The translations under genes were made by a program, and so were the position numbers. A stretch of DNA of 64,000 nt from Veleropilina oligotropha. Taxonomy: Eukaryota. Under the pieces are notes generated by a model. That model was not told the origin of the DNA and made no database searches. It saw only the letters and a program-made list of their open reading frames with translations. Where the stretch lies: the NCBI GenBank assembly GCA_048128005.1, contig JBEUKZ010000131.1, positions 1-64,000 on the forward strand, given 5' to 3'. Shown here in pieces: positions 23,401 through 38,400 of the stretch (position 1 is its first letter; the number at the start of each line of letters is the position of its first letter).

Positions 23401-26400
23401 CAATCCACCGTATTCACCGCGACGTCGTCCGACAACTTATAATGACATGCGACGAGTACTATTCTTGAAGTGTATGGTGATCATGCAAAATAATATCTCT
23501 CGTTACATTCTTCGCTGTTCTAAGAAAATTTAAGCATGACATGCTGAAATAGCATAATGTTGTCAACAAGAAATATTATCAGCTATCACTATATGATTTC
23601 CAATGAGAATGACTACTATATAACATTAATCAATAGCATTTTGATGGTCACATTTCTCAAGTCATTGATAAATGATATAAGATAACCTACATGTTCATTT
23701 TCTACAGCAAACCGTCAGCCGGAAGCTGAAAATCGTACTTGTGATCAAGGTTGGTGCAGCTCTGGAGAGGAGAGCAGCCGATAACTTTTACCACAACCTC
23801 CAGAACACCGACATCCAGGTATGACTGTTTAGTTGGTAGCTCACCTGGAAATGGGTCTGCCTTTGTAGGTGGTCGAGAGCAATAGTGTTTGAATGTAAAC
23901 CTGGCTTGGACTCGTTATTTATTTTTAATTCGACTTAAACGTATTTTCAACTTCAGCGCCATCGTGCTCTGGACTGCCGTTGCATTTGCAAATTTATTCC
24001 ATTTCGTTCAAGAAATGAAAATCAATGATAAGAATCACACCAATACATCAATGTCTAATTTTTTCTCGGTCTTTTTAAGGTTCGTTTGATTCCTTTGAGT
24101 CGTCTGTATCAGGACGTCGATCAGAATCAGCTGCCTGCAGAGCTGGGAGGATTCCTACCGTATACTCATGGCCACTGGCTGCAAAATCGACTGGTAAGTT
24201 ATATTCACTATGTAGATAAATAATGAGAGCATGTGACTTTGGATTCAGGTATTAAACCAAATTTTTAACGTCTGTGGCATCGATTTTCCATTTGCAAGCG
24301 AATGATATATATTTGCTTCTGGTAGTTTTGGATGGGTACCTAGTTTGCATTATATTACCACCTATGTAACAGTAAGTCATAGCGCGCTACATATGTATTG
24401 GTTATTATTCTCATAGACAGAGGGAGATGGTATTTTGAGATGCGAGAGGAACATGTTGTAATTGCCATGTTGCGTCATGTGCGCATCAGAGCAAGACCCT
24501 AGCCCCAACATGACCTTCAATGCATTTAAAGTTACTTAGAATGAGCTCAATATGTCAAGGCACAGCGCACCCAACATTACCTTCAATGGTCTTAAAGCAA
24601 CTTTAGAACGAACTCGGTCTTGTTCATTGTAAGTCTTAAATCAAATTCTATTTTGGTTCCTCTTGTGTAACGAAATCAAATATTGCTCAAGACTTTAGCC
24701 GATATCCTATAAATAATTAAATGCGAATAAAACAGTCTGTAATTAAGGTCTCTGATTCAGGACTTTGAGAAGTTTATCCGAGATGCAGATGCAGTGTCCA
24801 AGCAGCTGGACGAGTCCGAGAATGAGATTAGCCGGACATCCAAGGATCCCTCCGCCAGCCCCATGGAATCGCTACGGAAACACCGATACTGGAAGGACTC
24901 CATCCTGACGGCGCCGACTAAAGTGATTCGACAGGGTATGCATGTGGGATTTTAAAATGCAGTTACTGTTGATTATTTACAAATGATCTCTTTGCCAATA
25001 TTCTTATATTTATTATGCATTTGTTGTCAGTGACAGTTATTTTTATCCCTGCAACAATGATGTTGTCGGAGATATATAAACGGGATATAGAAACGGGATA
25101 TATAAACGGGTTCCGTCTGCACGATAGTCCATCTGACGTGCGGGAGATCTCGAAGATCATGTCTTCTCATTTTATATTTATTTTACAATGTCCATATTTA
25201 TTTTGTCTGCTGTCTATATTCATCATTATCTGGTGAAAATTTTGTTTACTTTCGTACCAAGATCCAAAATATCCCTCAGTAGACAGAACCAGATAATGAA
25301 CTCGCATCAAAGCTGCATAATGAGTTGAGGAGAATGCAGGAGACAAGTACTTTCAACTAGCATCGCTTCATATATTCACATGAACCCATCAACACTCTGC
25401 AGGGCTGTTGTGTTCCTATCCTGTCCTGGGAGCAGCATGAACCCATCAACACTCTGCAGGGCTGTTGTGTTCCTATCCTGTCCTGGGAGCAGCATGAACC
25501 CATCAACACTCTGCAGGGCTGTTGTGTTCCTATCCTGTCCTGGGAGCAGCATGAACCCATCAACACTCTGCAGGGCTGTTGTGTTCCTATCCTGTCCTGG
25601 GAGCAGCTTGGATACAGAGTCCTGGGAGCAGCATGGATACGGTGGTGGTCTACTAACAAGAGATTATGGATTCAAGCCCCAGGAGTGCCGTTTTTTTTCC
25701 CAATGATCACTGCCTCCATTGCACATGGCACCACTTCATTTCATCATTTAAAGTTGATTAACCCGATTTATAACTGAAAAATTGTTGGCATGATGACTAA
25801 ACATAAATTCATCATATCTATCCTGTCATCATTATACAATGTTAAAGACGATGGTCATTCCAGTAACTGTCTGGTCTTTAGTTCCGACTCTAATATCACT
25901 GGATTGACTACTATGATTAACAGAAGTGAGTTATAATCTCGTTTGGATCATTAAATGGCATTCTTTGTTCAGTTACCAATTACTGTTGTCCGTAATTGGC
26001 TAGAAGGGATTATTTCCCGTGGCGACCCGACTTTCCTCACGCAATAATACACTATGGACATGTCATGGTTTGAACCTGAAGATTGTAAATATATAGGATA
26101 TTAAGCATGGATCCAATTCATATGTCAAATATGTTTCTAATATTCTATCATCTTGCATGTTGCGATATATATTTATTGGATAAAACAGGCACCATACTAT
26201 TGACTCAACTCCAAAGCAACGAGTCTGGCTTCCACAGCAACAACGATGTGGTAACGACCTTGGATAACCTGGAAGCACAGAAGCAGGTGAAGAGGACGAC
26301 TCAGTTTCTGGAGCGGAAAGTGGAGAAGATCCAGGAGCATCTGGAGACCCGGGATCGCTCACTGAACCACAATGTGCAGTTCGAGGAGCTGAAGCAGGGA

Positions 26401-29400
26401 ATGAAGATAGTAAGCCACGGGATGGGAATAGGCCATCTGTAAATGTAAACTATGGAAATAAACGGCTTTGCTTTCTCCTTTGCTATGAGAAATGTGGTTT
26501 ATTTCGTGGAAAAATGATTAAGATCAATTGTTCATCATGTGTTTTAATTTTCTAAAAGTTTAGCAACCAACTGCTTCAGATTTGAGTTTTTGCAACGTTT
26601 TTATTCTTGTTAATTAATATCACACCATTTATTATTAAAGATGAAATCTTTATCCTGTTTGTTTTCCAAGAAATTATTTATCTCAAATTCCAAGATTCCT
26701 AGATTCATTCATATATGTACTTAGGTTTGTATATTTTAACACGTTTTCGACTAGATATGAGGCCCGTAACCTCTCTAGCTGATTTCTGTGCTGTACATGT
26801 ACTCGAGTTTGTATGTATTCCAAGATTCATACTTGCTATTGGTCCTTATCTCTGTGCATTACAAGTTAGTGAATTTGTAATATGTAGTTACAAACTTACT
26901 TACGTCCTTACTCTTGCCATAATAGTCATATTATCGCTAACCGGAAACAGTGAATAAAGTCACATTTATGCACCAAATAAGTCAAAAACAACCACGACCC
27001 CCCGCCCTGCTTCCCTTCTCTCTAAGTTCCTCCAGCGAGATCTCGCCAAGTCTCGCGAGACATCCGGGCTATCAAGTCACCAGACATCAATTCAAAGTTT
27101 TCCGCGAAAACGGAAAGACGTGTTTTTTTGCTCCGCAAAATCTTTCGAGTTTGTCTTCGATTTTTACGTTAAGATCGAGGGCGATTAACGACAACTTTAT
27201 ATAAGTTGTGGAATACCCTGTGTTGTGGATATACAAACACATGTGAATAGTGTTGATCATAGATGATTTGAAGAAACAAAGTTCTGGAAAATCACTGAAA
27301 CCGACGACGCCGCCGTTGCTAGGGAAAAAGCATGGCCGCCTAGAGGGGGAAATCCGTAATTAGAAGAATTTCTGGTCGGTATATTTATCTGATATTGTTT
27401 GAGACTGCAAACAGGTAACTCATTATATTGGATAATTCCTTAACGACGCTATTGCTGGTTATTATTGTATAAAATTTATAGCGTCGTTAATAGGCAGGAT
27501 CGTTTGATATCACGCTTGCGTTCTTCTGATATCCTGCCGTTTCTGGGATAATACGCCATTGTACTAACATAAAAACATCCAAGAGGTTTTCAGGTGTTTT
27601 TCTGGGCGGTTTGTTCTAAGAACGAACCCCCCCTTTGTTTTAGTCAATTTGCCGGGTTTTACCGGGCCGCGTCGGGTAATTACCCGACCTCGGTGTTCCC
27701 AGTTCGGGGTTTTTTGGCGGTATATCGTCTGATCTTTGATCTTCAGATCAGGGCAATTTTTAAAAAGAGTTGTCGTAGTAACAAGTCACACTACCTCATA
27801 TATACCTATTTATCTACCCCTTACACCCACTGCCACCCTCCCGTGTATTCAGCTATGGTCCGGTGCAGTAGCTCCGGGTGTAACCAGAAAATTCACGGGT
27901 TTGATAAGCACAAGGAATGCCGTATTCACCGTACTTGTAGTCTTAATCTTCAATGTGATCTGTGCCTTCTTTTATCAGATAAGCAGTGGGCGGTTCTAGC
28001 CCACCAGGGTAAGTCGACCAGGGCGACTGCCACGGTGGGTCCTTCCCCTGAGATGGGTCAGGAAGAGGCGAGTAAGTTAACGAGTTCCCTTAGGGGTTCC
28101 GTAAGGGATAACGTTTCTTCTTTCTCTGATTCAGGGACGCTAATGGACGCCAGCAGACCTAAGGGGCCAGCTGTCGCCGGAACGACACCCGGCGCAACCT
28201 CCGCGACTCTTGGGGGAGTCACCGAAACCTCGCCGGGACCCCAGATTCAGGTACCGGCCCGAGTGCCGACCGTTCCTCCTCAAACGGGCCAAGTAACTGC
28301 AGCCAACCATACCTTGCCGGCTAGCAAGGTATATCTGGCAGCGCAGAGAACAGCTGAACAGGGCAGACAATCCCCATCCTTTTCTTCGGCCTCGAAGAAT
28401 AAGAGGACAGTTAGTCCTTCTGCGGGAAACTCTCCGTCTTGCGACGGGGACAGACTCAATGCAGAGAAAGCCTTTAAAGAGGCCGGGCACCTACTTGTAG
28501 GTCTAAGACTCGGACAATCGGCGACACCTGAATCCTCGATCGAGACCGACGCGACTACCCCTAAGGGTTTTCCGCTCAACCTCGAAGCTCACGAGACGTT
28601 CAGAGGGCCCCTACTCTCCCGTGCACCCACGATGGTCACGCTAGAGAAAGGGTACAGACCGGCTGCGTTCGGGACGGGGTTCTACGGCGGTTTTCCGACC
28701 GTGCCTCTCCCGAACAGAGTGGTAGACCGATCTGAACTGTTGCCGCAGTTCTATCGGTCGTCCGGCCCACTGACTGCGCCTTCGGGCCAGCCCTTCGGGT
28801 TCGACCCCTCGACAAGTGCCCTAGGACCCTGGTCCTCGGTTCGACCTGTCAATGCAGCCCGTCTACCTAGCGCCACGGTTTCCTCGACTGAACTACAGGC
28901 TGTTAGTTCGACGCCCGTCCTGCCTCAGGGTTTCTCTTTGGAGAACGTCCAGGCATGGATCGCGGCGGGGATCGAGGAACGGTGTAAGGCCTGGCCGACG
29001 GCTCCCCAGCCGCGCCTGGTACCTACACATCTGCCCTTGGCGCAGAGCACGGCTCCTGCCTCCGTGATGGAGATCGACCCTCGTTCCGACGAGGACCTCG
29101 ATTCCCTTCACTCCGACCTCCCTGAATCGGTCGGGCCCGAAGACGCTAGTCTTTCAGGCACGCAGGAGCCGACCTCCTCCACCCGCCGAAGGCTCGACGC
29201 CGTTGCGTCACTTCGCGGGGTGCTTGGCTTGTCGGAACCGACTCGGTCGGCTGTAGACGTAGCCAAGCACAGGACGGCAGCACATCGGTTTGTTGCGAGG
29301 GAAGCCCCCGAGCTCCCCTCCTTACCTCAGTCTGGGTTGGTTGATCTTGTCGTCGACTCGATCACCAAGCTCATTCAGGGGCGCAATCCGGTGGAGTCCT

Positions 29401-32400
29401 CCCCGCTGAACGAGTTCCCTTCGGGGTTCCGTAGTGGGAGGTTCCTCCGGGCCAGTTCGCGAGCGATCCCGTTCGTCTGTACTGGTCCGTGCCTAGCGAC
29501 TGACCCGGCTCGTGTAGACGCTTCGTTGCGTCGACTGACCGCCAGTCACACTCCCTCCGTGGCGAAGGTTCCTTGGTCCGCCTTGGAAGCCTTCGAGAGC
29601 GCCGCCCGACGGGCTCTGCGGCTGTCGTCCGTGCAGGATTTTTTCCTGGACGGTGCGATAGCCGTACTACAGGAGGATGGACCCGGCGCCCACGAGGCTG
29701 CCCTGTCCTTCCTCCAGGAGGTTGCTGCCGCGCAGGAGACCAGCGCGTTGGAGACGGGACGTGTCCTGGGCAATGCGCTCCTACTTCGTAGGGACGCTTG
29801 CCTGGAAGGCACCTCGCTAGACGAGGCCACCCGGCGCTTGTTGCGATGCGTGCCTTGCTCGGCCACCACTCTCTTTGGCGACAACTTTTCGGAGTTCGTC
29901 GACAAGAGAGCGGCGGATATGAAGGACCGTGCCATCGAGAAGGCAGTACTGCTCCCCACCCGGGGTCCACCTGCCAACTCGAAGAAGCGCTCCGGGCCCA
30001 CCCCGGCCCCGAAGCCTTCTAAGCGTGCGAAGCCCTCTTCGGGTGGTAGGCCTCCGGCCAATAAACCCACTCCAAAGAGGCAAGCACCTCCAGCGAAATC
30101 CCGTAAGCAGAGCGGGAGAGGGAAGCCTCGGCCCTAGGGCTGCCGGCATTCGCGACGGTCTCAGTTGCCCGCTTCCGCCGGTGGGAGCGTGCCTGTTAGC
30201 GCACAGCCAGTCGTGGCTAGAGCTGACAGACAGCAACTGGGTCCACTTAGTCGTGAGTGCCGGATACAAGTTGGCATTCAACCGGCATCCGACCTTAACC
30301 GAGGCACCACCACCAAGACACGCTCGTCTCCTAAACGGAGAGAAACAAGCGGTCTTAGACCAGGCAGTGCGGGATTTGCTCCTAAAAAGAGCGATATATC
30401 CCGCGCCGCCCAGCACACCAGGATTTTACAGCCATTTCTTCCTGGTCCCGAAACCCGATGGCCGCTGGAGACCGATCCTCGATCTCTCATATCTCAACCG
30501 ATATCTTCGTACCGAGAAATTCCAGCAAGAAACCCTCTCGAAGATTCGAGCGGCCATCCGTCCGGGCGACTGGGCAGCGTCTATCGATCTGGCCGACGCG
30601 TATCTGCATGTCCCGATGCATGTCACGGCTCATCAGTACCTTCGGTTTATACACGGGGAGACGATCTACCAATTCAGGTGCCTACCGTTCGGTCTATCGT
30701 CAGCCCCGTACGTCTTCACGAGAACAGTACAGGCCCTCGGGGCCTTCCTACACTCTCTAGGGCACAGGGTACATATGTACCTCGACGACTGGCTGATCCT
30801 CGGGGCGTCCCGGGATCTGTGCCTCCAGTCTACGAGCTTTACCCTGTCATCGGCGAAGCGCCTGGGATTTCAGATCAACGAGACAAAATCCTGCTTCGTG
30901 CCCTCGACGACGTTTACGTTCCTCGGAGTCGACTTCAATACGGTCCGGTACACCGCGAAGCCGACCCAGCAGCGTATGCGGAACCTACGCGCGGTTATCC
31001 AAGACACCCTGTCATCGGACATAACTACGGCGCGACGACTGGCCACTGTCCTAGGGCACATCGAGTCGGTAGCGACCCTGCTACCGACGGGTCGCATGGA
31101 CAAACGACCGTTGCAGCAGGCGTTCAGGGATCGCTGGATACAACGGACGGGGCAGTGGACGGATCGCATCGATCTACGGCATTGGTTTACCAGCACAACA
31201 GCAGTGTGGTTGAACCCTGCTTTGCCGGACCAGTCGGTTCCTATCTCCCCGCCAGAGCCGAACGCTTACCTGTTCACAGACGCTTCGAACGACGGCTGGG
31301 GTGGTCACCTCGACAGTCACGAGACATCAGGCCTATGGCCGACGGACCTTCAGGGACGACACATCAACTTTCTAGAGTTAGAAGCAGTCTACCTGTCAGT
31401 ACGGTCCCTCTCGTCACATCTCCGCTCCAAGCATATAATGCTCGCCACGGACAACACGACTGTCGTCGCTTACATCCAGCACCAGGGCGGCACTCGCTCG
31501 CGTCCCCTTTGCGACCGAGCAATAGACCTACACCGCTTAGTGATGTCCCTCAACTCGACGATTCGAGCCCGACACATCCCGGGAAAGCTGAATGTCAGAG
31601 CGGATTCGCTCTCTCGGAGATCACAGATTATACACACAGAGTGGACGCTACACAGCCGAGTAGCTCGGGATGTCTGCCGCCGGTGGTCGCAACCCCAAGT
31701 CGATCTGTTTGCAACAGAATTCAATTACCGACTACCTCTGTATGTCTCCCCGTACCCGGACCCGGCCGCCCTAGTGGTCGACGCACTGTCAATGACATGG
31801 GAGAATCTGTCAGCGTATGCCTTCCCCCCGTCGTGCATTCTATCACTGGTATTACAGAAGGCATCGACCGAACGTTGCGAGATAACGCTAATAGCGCCCC
31901 TGTATCGCACGCAACCTTGGTTTCCGACCCTCCTCGATCTGATCGCCGATCGACCGTTAGCGCTACCGCAGAAACTGGACCTGTTAATGCAGCCGCGCAC
32001 CCGTGTACTCCACGAATCGCCGAACGACTTACGTTTACACGCCTGGCGGTTATCGAACGATCCCTTGCTAAGAAAGGATTTTCTAAAGCTACAGCCCTAC
32101 GCATCTACCGATCGAGAAGGCTTTCCACGACAAAAGTTTATGACTACCGATGGGTTAAGTACGTGGATTGGTGTCACAGCAGGCAGGTCAATATACTCCG
32201 TCCCCCTGTGAACAAGTTTATCGAGTTTTTATCGTCGCTCTTCGACCGCGGTATGTCAGTGTCCGCCGTCAAAGGCTATCGGGCAACGATCGCGACCACG
32301 TTAAAACAGTGTCGTGCCCATGCTGGCCTCTCTAACGACCGTACGATTTCAGATTTTATTCGATCCTACGAACTCGAGATGCCGACCCGAACCATTCGGC

Positions 32401-35400
32401 CACCTGCCTGGAATATTGTTCTAATTCTTAACGCTCTACACTTACCCCCGTACGAGCCGATGTCCACGGTGTCTATGAAGAACTTAACGCACAAAACAGT
32501 TTTTCTGATCGCCTTAGCGTCGGGCAGGCGTTGTTCCGAGATTCATAGCTTATCCGCCGAGCTCCGTGATATTAGATTCCAGTCAGACGGGTCGGTGATG
32601 CTGCGTCCTGTTCTGGGCTTCCTTGCCAAGAACCAACGGCCGAACGAGGACGCACCTGATATTATTATTCCCAAGCTTACGCTGGTCGGAAGGCATGATG
32701 AAGACCGGTTAAATTGCCCCGTACGGGCCCTGCGCTTCTACCGCGACAGAACCCGTGATCTACGACAAGGAAAATTGCGTTTATTCATTTCGTAATTACC
32801 TTCCTTCACCCATGACATTACAAAGACTACTGTTTCGCGGTGGATTTCACAGGTGGTGAGAGATGTGTACTCTCGCTGTGAAGAAGTAGACCGCACTATT
32901 TTATCCGTGCGCGCGCACGAGGTCCGTGCAATCGCTGCGTCCATTGCCTTCCGACATAATTTAAATATTACAGCGTTGCTTCAAGCGGGTTACTGGAAGA
33001 CTGCCAATGTCTTTGTTAAGTATTATCTGCGGGACTATTCAACCGGGGCTGACGGGTTGAGCACCCTACAGTGTGTGGCTGCTCAACGTTGTATTGTTCG
33101 ACCGAGGTCGTCTAATCAGTGAGTATTATTTGTTGATTGATAAATTTGCATAATTCTTGCTGTTGCATTGTTATTTGTTGGCCTAGTTGTTCTATGAAAT
33201 GAACACATACGAGGCAATTCAATGTCTGTTCATTTCTTAAAAACATTTTAAGATCTTGATACTTTCATGTCATACCTGAGTATATTGACACGCCAGATTA
33301 CATTGAATTAATAAACAATCATATTGCAAAATCTTATTTTGATTTGAGGTTCAATATTATTGATGTTCTATGCTGTATAGAACATACGATGTTCAAGACA
33401 TTTGAAAAAATTTAATATTTGCTTCCTTAAATTTTATTTTAAGTAACATGTCGTACATATTGGCTTCCTTAATAATTTATTTTAAGTGACATGTCGTACA
33501 TGTTAGCGTTTCGCAAGTTGGTCATGCGAATCAATTATTAATATCGATTATTTATTTAATCTATTAATTCTTTGCTTTGATTTCACGCTTTCACAACCTA
33601 TTAGGTTCCGTGTGCTTACAAATCCGACTGCATCCTCTGGCTACCGGCCTTTGGCCAGGAGTACCATTTGGCTGCCACTGGCCCATGACACGTAAGACCT
33701 ACAGGGATTCATCCTTCCGGCCGTGCCTGGGGCTGATTGCACTTCCGTTCACCTCGTCCGACTAACACCACGGCGTATTCTCCCGGTAACACTGGTCGAA
33801 ATTCTCGCTTGGTAAGAGTTTAATATAATTCTCAGCAAATTCCACTCTGGGCGGACACAATCGACGCTTCGAGCTGATTGACATGGTGAAAAGTAAGTCA
33901 TTATCTTGTTTGGGTTTACTGTAAGGAACTTCTTACCCACCTATCCAAGGTTATTCTGGCAAGAGTAAGGACGTAAGTAAGTTTGTAACTACATATGAGG
34001 TTTTAATTTAAACCTAATATTAGTTAAAACATACTTACGTCCTTACCACGATTACCCACCCTGCTTCGCATTCCTCCCCTCTACTAAGTTCCTTTGGGGT
34101 TCTGAACTTTGAATTGATGTCTGGTGACTTGATAGCCCGGATGTCTCGCGAGACTTGGCGAGATCTCGCTGGAGGAACTTAGAGAGAAGGGAAGCAGGGC
34201 GGGGGGTCGTGGTTGTTTTTGACTTATTTGGTGCATAAATGTGACTTTATTCACTGTTTCCGGTTAGCGATAATATGACTATTATGGCAAGAGTAAGGAC
34301 GTAAGTATGTTTTAACTAATATTAGGTTTAAATTAAAACCTCATTTTTCCAGGTGTTGGATGGGTGTTGCAACACCACTGTGCAGTACATGTACTTTAAT
34401 TTGTATGTTGTCCAGGTGTTGGACTGGGTGTTGGGCCCCGGAGAGAAGCTGCTAGCTTCCCAGGTGGACATTGGGGATTCTTATGAAACTGCTGACGAGC
34501 TGCGCAAACGACACGAGGAACTCGAAATCAAATGCACGGTCTGTAGTAAAAAATCACTATGTTTTGCCATTATAGTTTAAGTCTTGTAATATCTTTTCCT
34601 GTCTCTTTGAAAGTGGTCAACCGTTGGTTGAGAAGATAAGACTGGCATCCAATTAACTTGCCTGTCTGATCTGCTCGGCTCTTTATACTGTAAATCATGA
34701 AAATTTCGCGATCATAATATTTTGGCAAACTTAGCGAGGAAACAAAATTCGCTAACATTTTATGTCGCTAATATGTCTAGTATTATACCCATGTTATATA
34801 AGAAGGGTGGGTGACAAAGTAATATGTTTTTAGCAATGTAATTAATAAACTAGCTATCATTGTTCAGGGGTAATGTGTTTTTATTACTTGCCGTTTGTGT
34901 ATGAATAAATCATATTTTCAACACATATATTTGTTCAACTTTATTCCGTGAAAGGTCCACTGAAATCCTGCAAAACGTGCGTAAAACTTAGGTCCGCCAT
35001 TTTGTGTCTTCGTTTTAGTCGCGCCAAAATTGGAATTCAGTAACAAAAACATATTCATTATTTATCATTTTATTAAATGATTTTATTCGATTAGAACACC
35101 ATAGCAACAGGCTATTTCTGACTAATGTATGCGTATATGAAATTAAATTTAATATTGGGAATCGTACAGCATAGAATGGCGGAAACAAACGAGCGTATCA
35201 ACTTCCTTTCTATAGTTTCTGGGCCCCGTTTCACAAAATATCGTACGATAAAACGGGGCCCTGTTCTACAGATAACGTTTATTCAACAGTATAGCATGGA
35301 ACCTCGTTTTCGCACAAGTACCAATACTGGTTCACTGCATAAATGACCTCCCTTGATAAGCACAAGCGTGTCCATTTTAATGTCAAATGACGATCGATGT

Positions 35401-38400
35401 GCATTATCGCTACTGGCAAGTAACAGTCGATTATGCATAGATGGCAACATGTTAGCACTTTTGTAAGTAACAATTATTGAATAAACTTAACAAATGCACT
35501 TGTAATCTTATTTATTATATTATTTGAACAACCTATTCACAATTTACACCCACGTGACGACGTACCATCGGAACATCATTGTCATTATATTAATCCGATT
35601 GCGATTTGTACAATGAACTTGCAACCTACTTAGGTACTAGCCTACCATATAATAATAATAATGCGAAGATTTATCTGCACACATACAAAATGCGTGCTCA
35701 AAGCGCTTACGGTTGCATTAAAACATTTCTGTGACGTCATCTATTGTTCTGGGCAGTTGTTTATTCTGCCTATTCAATCGAAGGACAAAGCTTTGTTGGC
35801 CCAGCCGTTGCAAGGCATTCAACTAATCAACGGCAATTAAGACTTTCATTCAAATAATCCACTCCAATTAACTACAATAGAGGTACCTGGTGGGGAATGA
35901 GGCTATTGTTCAATGGTGAAATGTTTTAAGTGACATAAACTACTGGATAGCGTTGAATAGTTCAGAGAAAACACTCCTGTCTCGGGCCTCACGGCCCTCG
36001 ACAAGTCGTGTATTCTCTTAACTATTCAATGCTATCCAGTAGTTTATCCCATACATAACAATGGGTAACAATCAGATAATTAACAGCCATACGGGGTGTT
36101 AGAAAAAGTTAATTGATTCGAATTAGCATTGTTGTCAGTCTCGCTAATTATGCATTTCCCGAAATGCGATTTTCGCTAAAATTAACATGTCGCTAATTGG
36201 TCCCTTGTGATGAATTCGCTAAATTTTAAAGCCGCAAAAATATTATGATTTACAGAATGTGGGGTTAACAGTCACAGTTGTTCATAACTTCACCAGATAA
36301 TATGTAATTTTCTCTGACGATAATATGGATGTGTCTCCATTATGATATGGACGTGTCTCAATATAGATGTTTCAATTGGACAATAAAGGCAAAAAAAGAA
36401 TTCTTTGAAATACACATTCTTTGAATTATTAGAAAGTATGAGCAGATACATAGCTGGATATATGAATGATCACCAGAACTTCTGAGAGTAAGATGTAAAC
36501 AATAAACAAAATGATGTATTTACCAAAGGGGCATAACTCCAATGCACTTACAGATCCATGTCATCACTATGCTCTGCTTTAGTGTTAGCGTGGCGGAACC
36601 ACAAACTATATGATCAATCTTTATGGCAATGCAGCATAAACATAGTGAAATTCAGAAATAAATAAATGACAAAATGCGTCAATTGATTAAAGTCTTTTGT
36701 TACATGATTGTCTTTGCTTTGCAGGACACGTATGGCCAGTATGCTGAACTCCGTCACAAGGCCTCAGAGTTGATCAGTGAGGACCACCCGGTGTCTGGCG
36801 ACATCCGGTCACAGCGGGACTACATGGATATCGTCTGCCGCAGCTTTGCCGCTCGCCTTGAGCGGCGACGGACGTTACTGATCACGTCTCTCCGATTCCA
36901 TCGCCTCGCTGAAGACGTACGCGTTATTTAATTTTAAGATTAAATTCATAAAAGGAATATTGGTTTTATAAATTTTCTTATCATTAGACTATGATTATCT
37001 AGTAGTAGCAATGCCAAACGTCAGTCAGACGCTTGGTGAAAATACCCAAAATACAACCAAGTTACCGTATTTAATACATTTAATACACTATAGATCATAA
37101 TTACCCTATTAATATTGGTATCCATTTATTCAGCACATGTTCATGTTTATTATGTCGCGTTGTTCCTTTTAATATTCCAATATACGACGTTGTAATCGGC
37201 GACGAAACACTGAAAACACAGAGAAGTCGCTTCCGGGGTGCTTTCACTATATCTCAAATGTCGGGTCAACTTCGTTTATAAAGCCGCGCACCATTGGCTT
37301 AGCGTAATGATGTCAAATTTTACAACCAATCAGGGGACGGCTTCCTCAACATACCAAAACAAAAATGGAGTCGATAGCACGTGTATTTTCGCCGGTTGGC
37401 ATAGGGTCATTAAATTGCGTTTTCTGCAAAGGTAGATTATTTTCACGCTTAAATATTTATGTAAGGCCTAAGTTCGTATCCTAATGATTATATACACATA
37501 TATATTGTAACACAAATCGTTAATTTAGGTGCGCGCATGATGATTTGAATGTGAACTTTTAGCCATTTCGAAATATTGCGTCTATCATTTCCAGATGATT
37601 ATATGAACTTTTATGCGTGGGCGAGTCTATTTTGAGTCCTCACCCGCAGCCAAGACGTTCAATGCTTAAAATGAAGAGTCCAATTTTCGTATTCGGGATA
37701 ATATGGGGGTGGCAGGATTATAATGATAAAAAGATCGTTTAACGGACAAAATCTTATTTTTAATGAAAAATACGAAGTAATTTAAAACGTTAATTTATCG
37801 AATATGCCATATTACGATTATACAATAAATAAGATTACATTTCATGTAATTTGAACTAGGAAATGCCTTTTTTAACAATCAAAACTACCTGTTGCAAATG
37901 TTTATTCACTGGCTGAGACTATCAGTATCTCATTGATTTACGATAATAGGCCAACTATTAAATATAACACTAAACAGTAGACACTATATATTCAAAATAG
38001 CAATTCGATGTTTTCATTAAATTTTAATATTATCTAATCTTGCCTATTTACTTATATAACAATTAAATTATTGCTGAGCACAATGAAAGCAGCAATTAAC
38101 CCAACTCATTGCAATTACATAATTACCTGAAAATAAACTAGAAGATCAATAAAATTATATTTACAATACATGTACCATGTGTGTGTGTGTGTTCGTGTAT
38201 GTGTGTGTGGTACTGGTATTGAAAATATAATTTATTGACAGCATTAATTATTTGTACAAACTTCATATATAAGGGTGTCGCAATATATTGCTGTTGTATA
38301 TATAATCAACCAAATTGTTGGTATCCAAGAATAGTGACGAAAGTGCCCATTGATGAGGCGGAAGTTAAGCTTATGGCACCGACTACAATTGCCGGAGTGT

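Larger units (their letters stand above)
26880..34344 (+). mobile_element. DIRS1-type retrotransposon copy B1 (intronic, best preserved)
   Basis: 203-bp ITRs 26897-27099 and 34105-34307, no mismatch seen; ICR 33957-34046 with AT at 33995-96; AT at both ends. Confidence 0.96.

Noticed and set aside
25357..25706. Repetitive ORFs on both strands; CRISPR-like look
   Set aside because: Identical 57-bp units with no spacers, in an intron of a eukaryotic gene.
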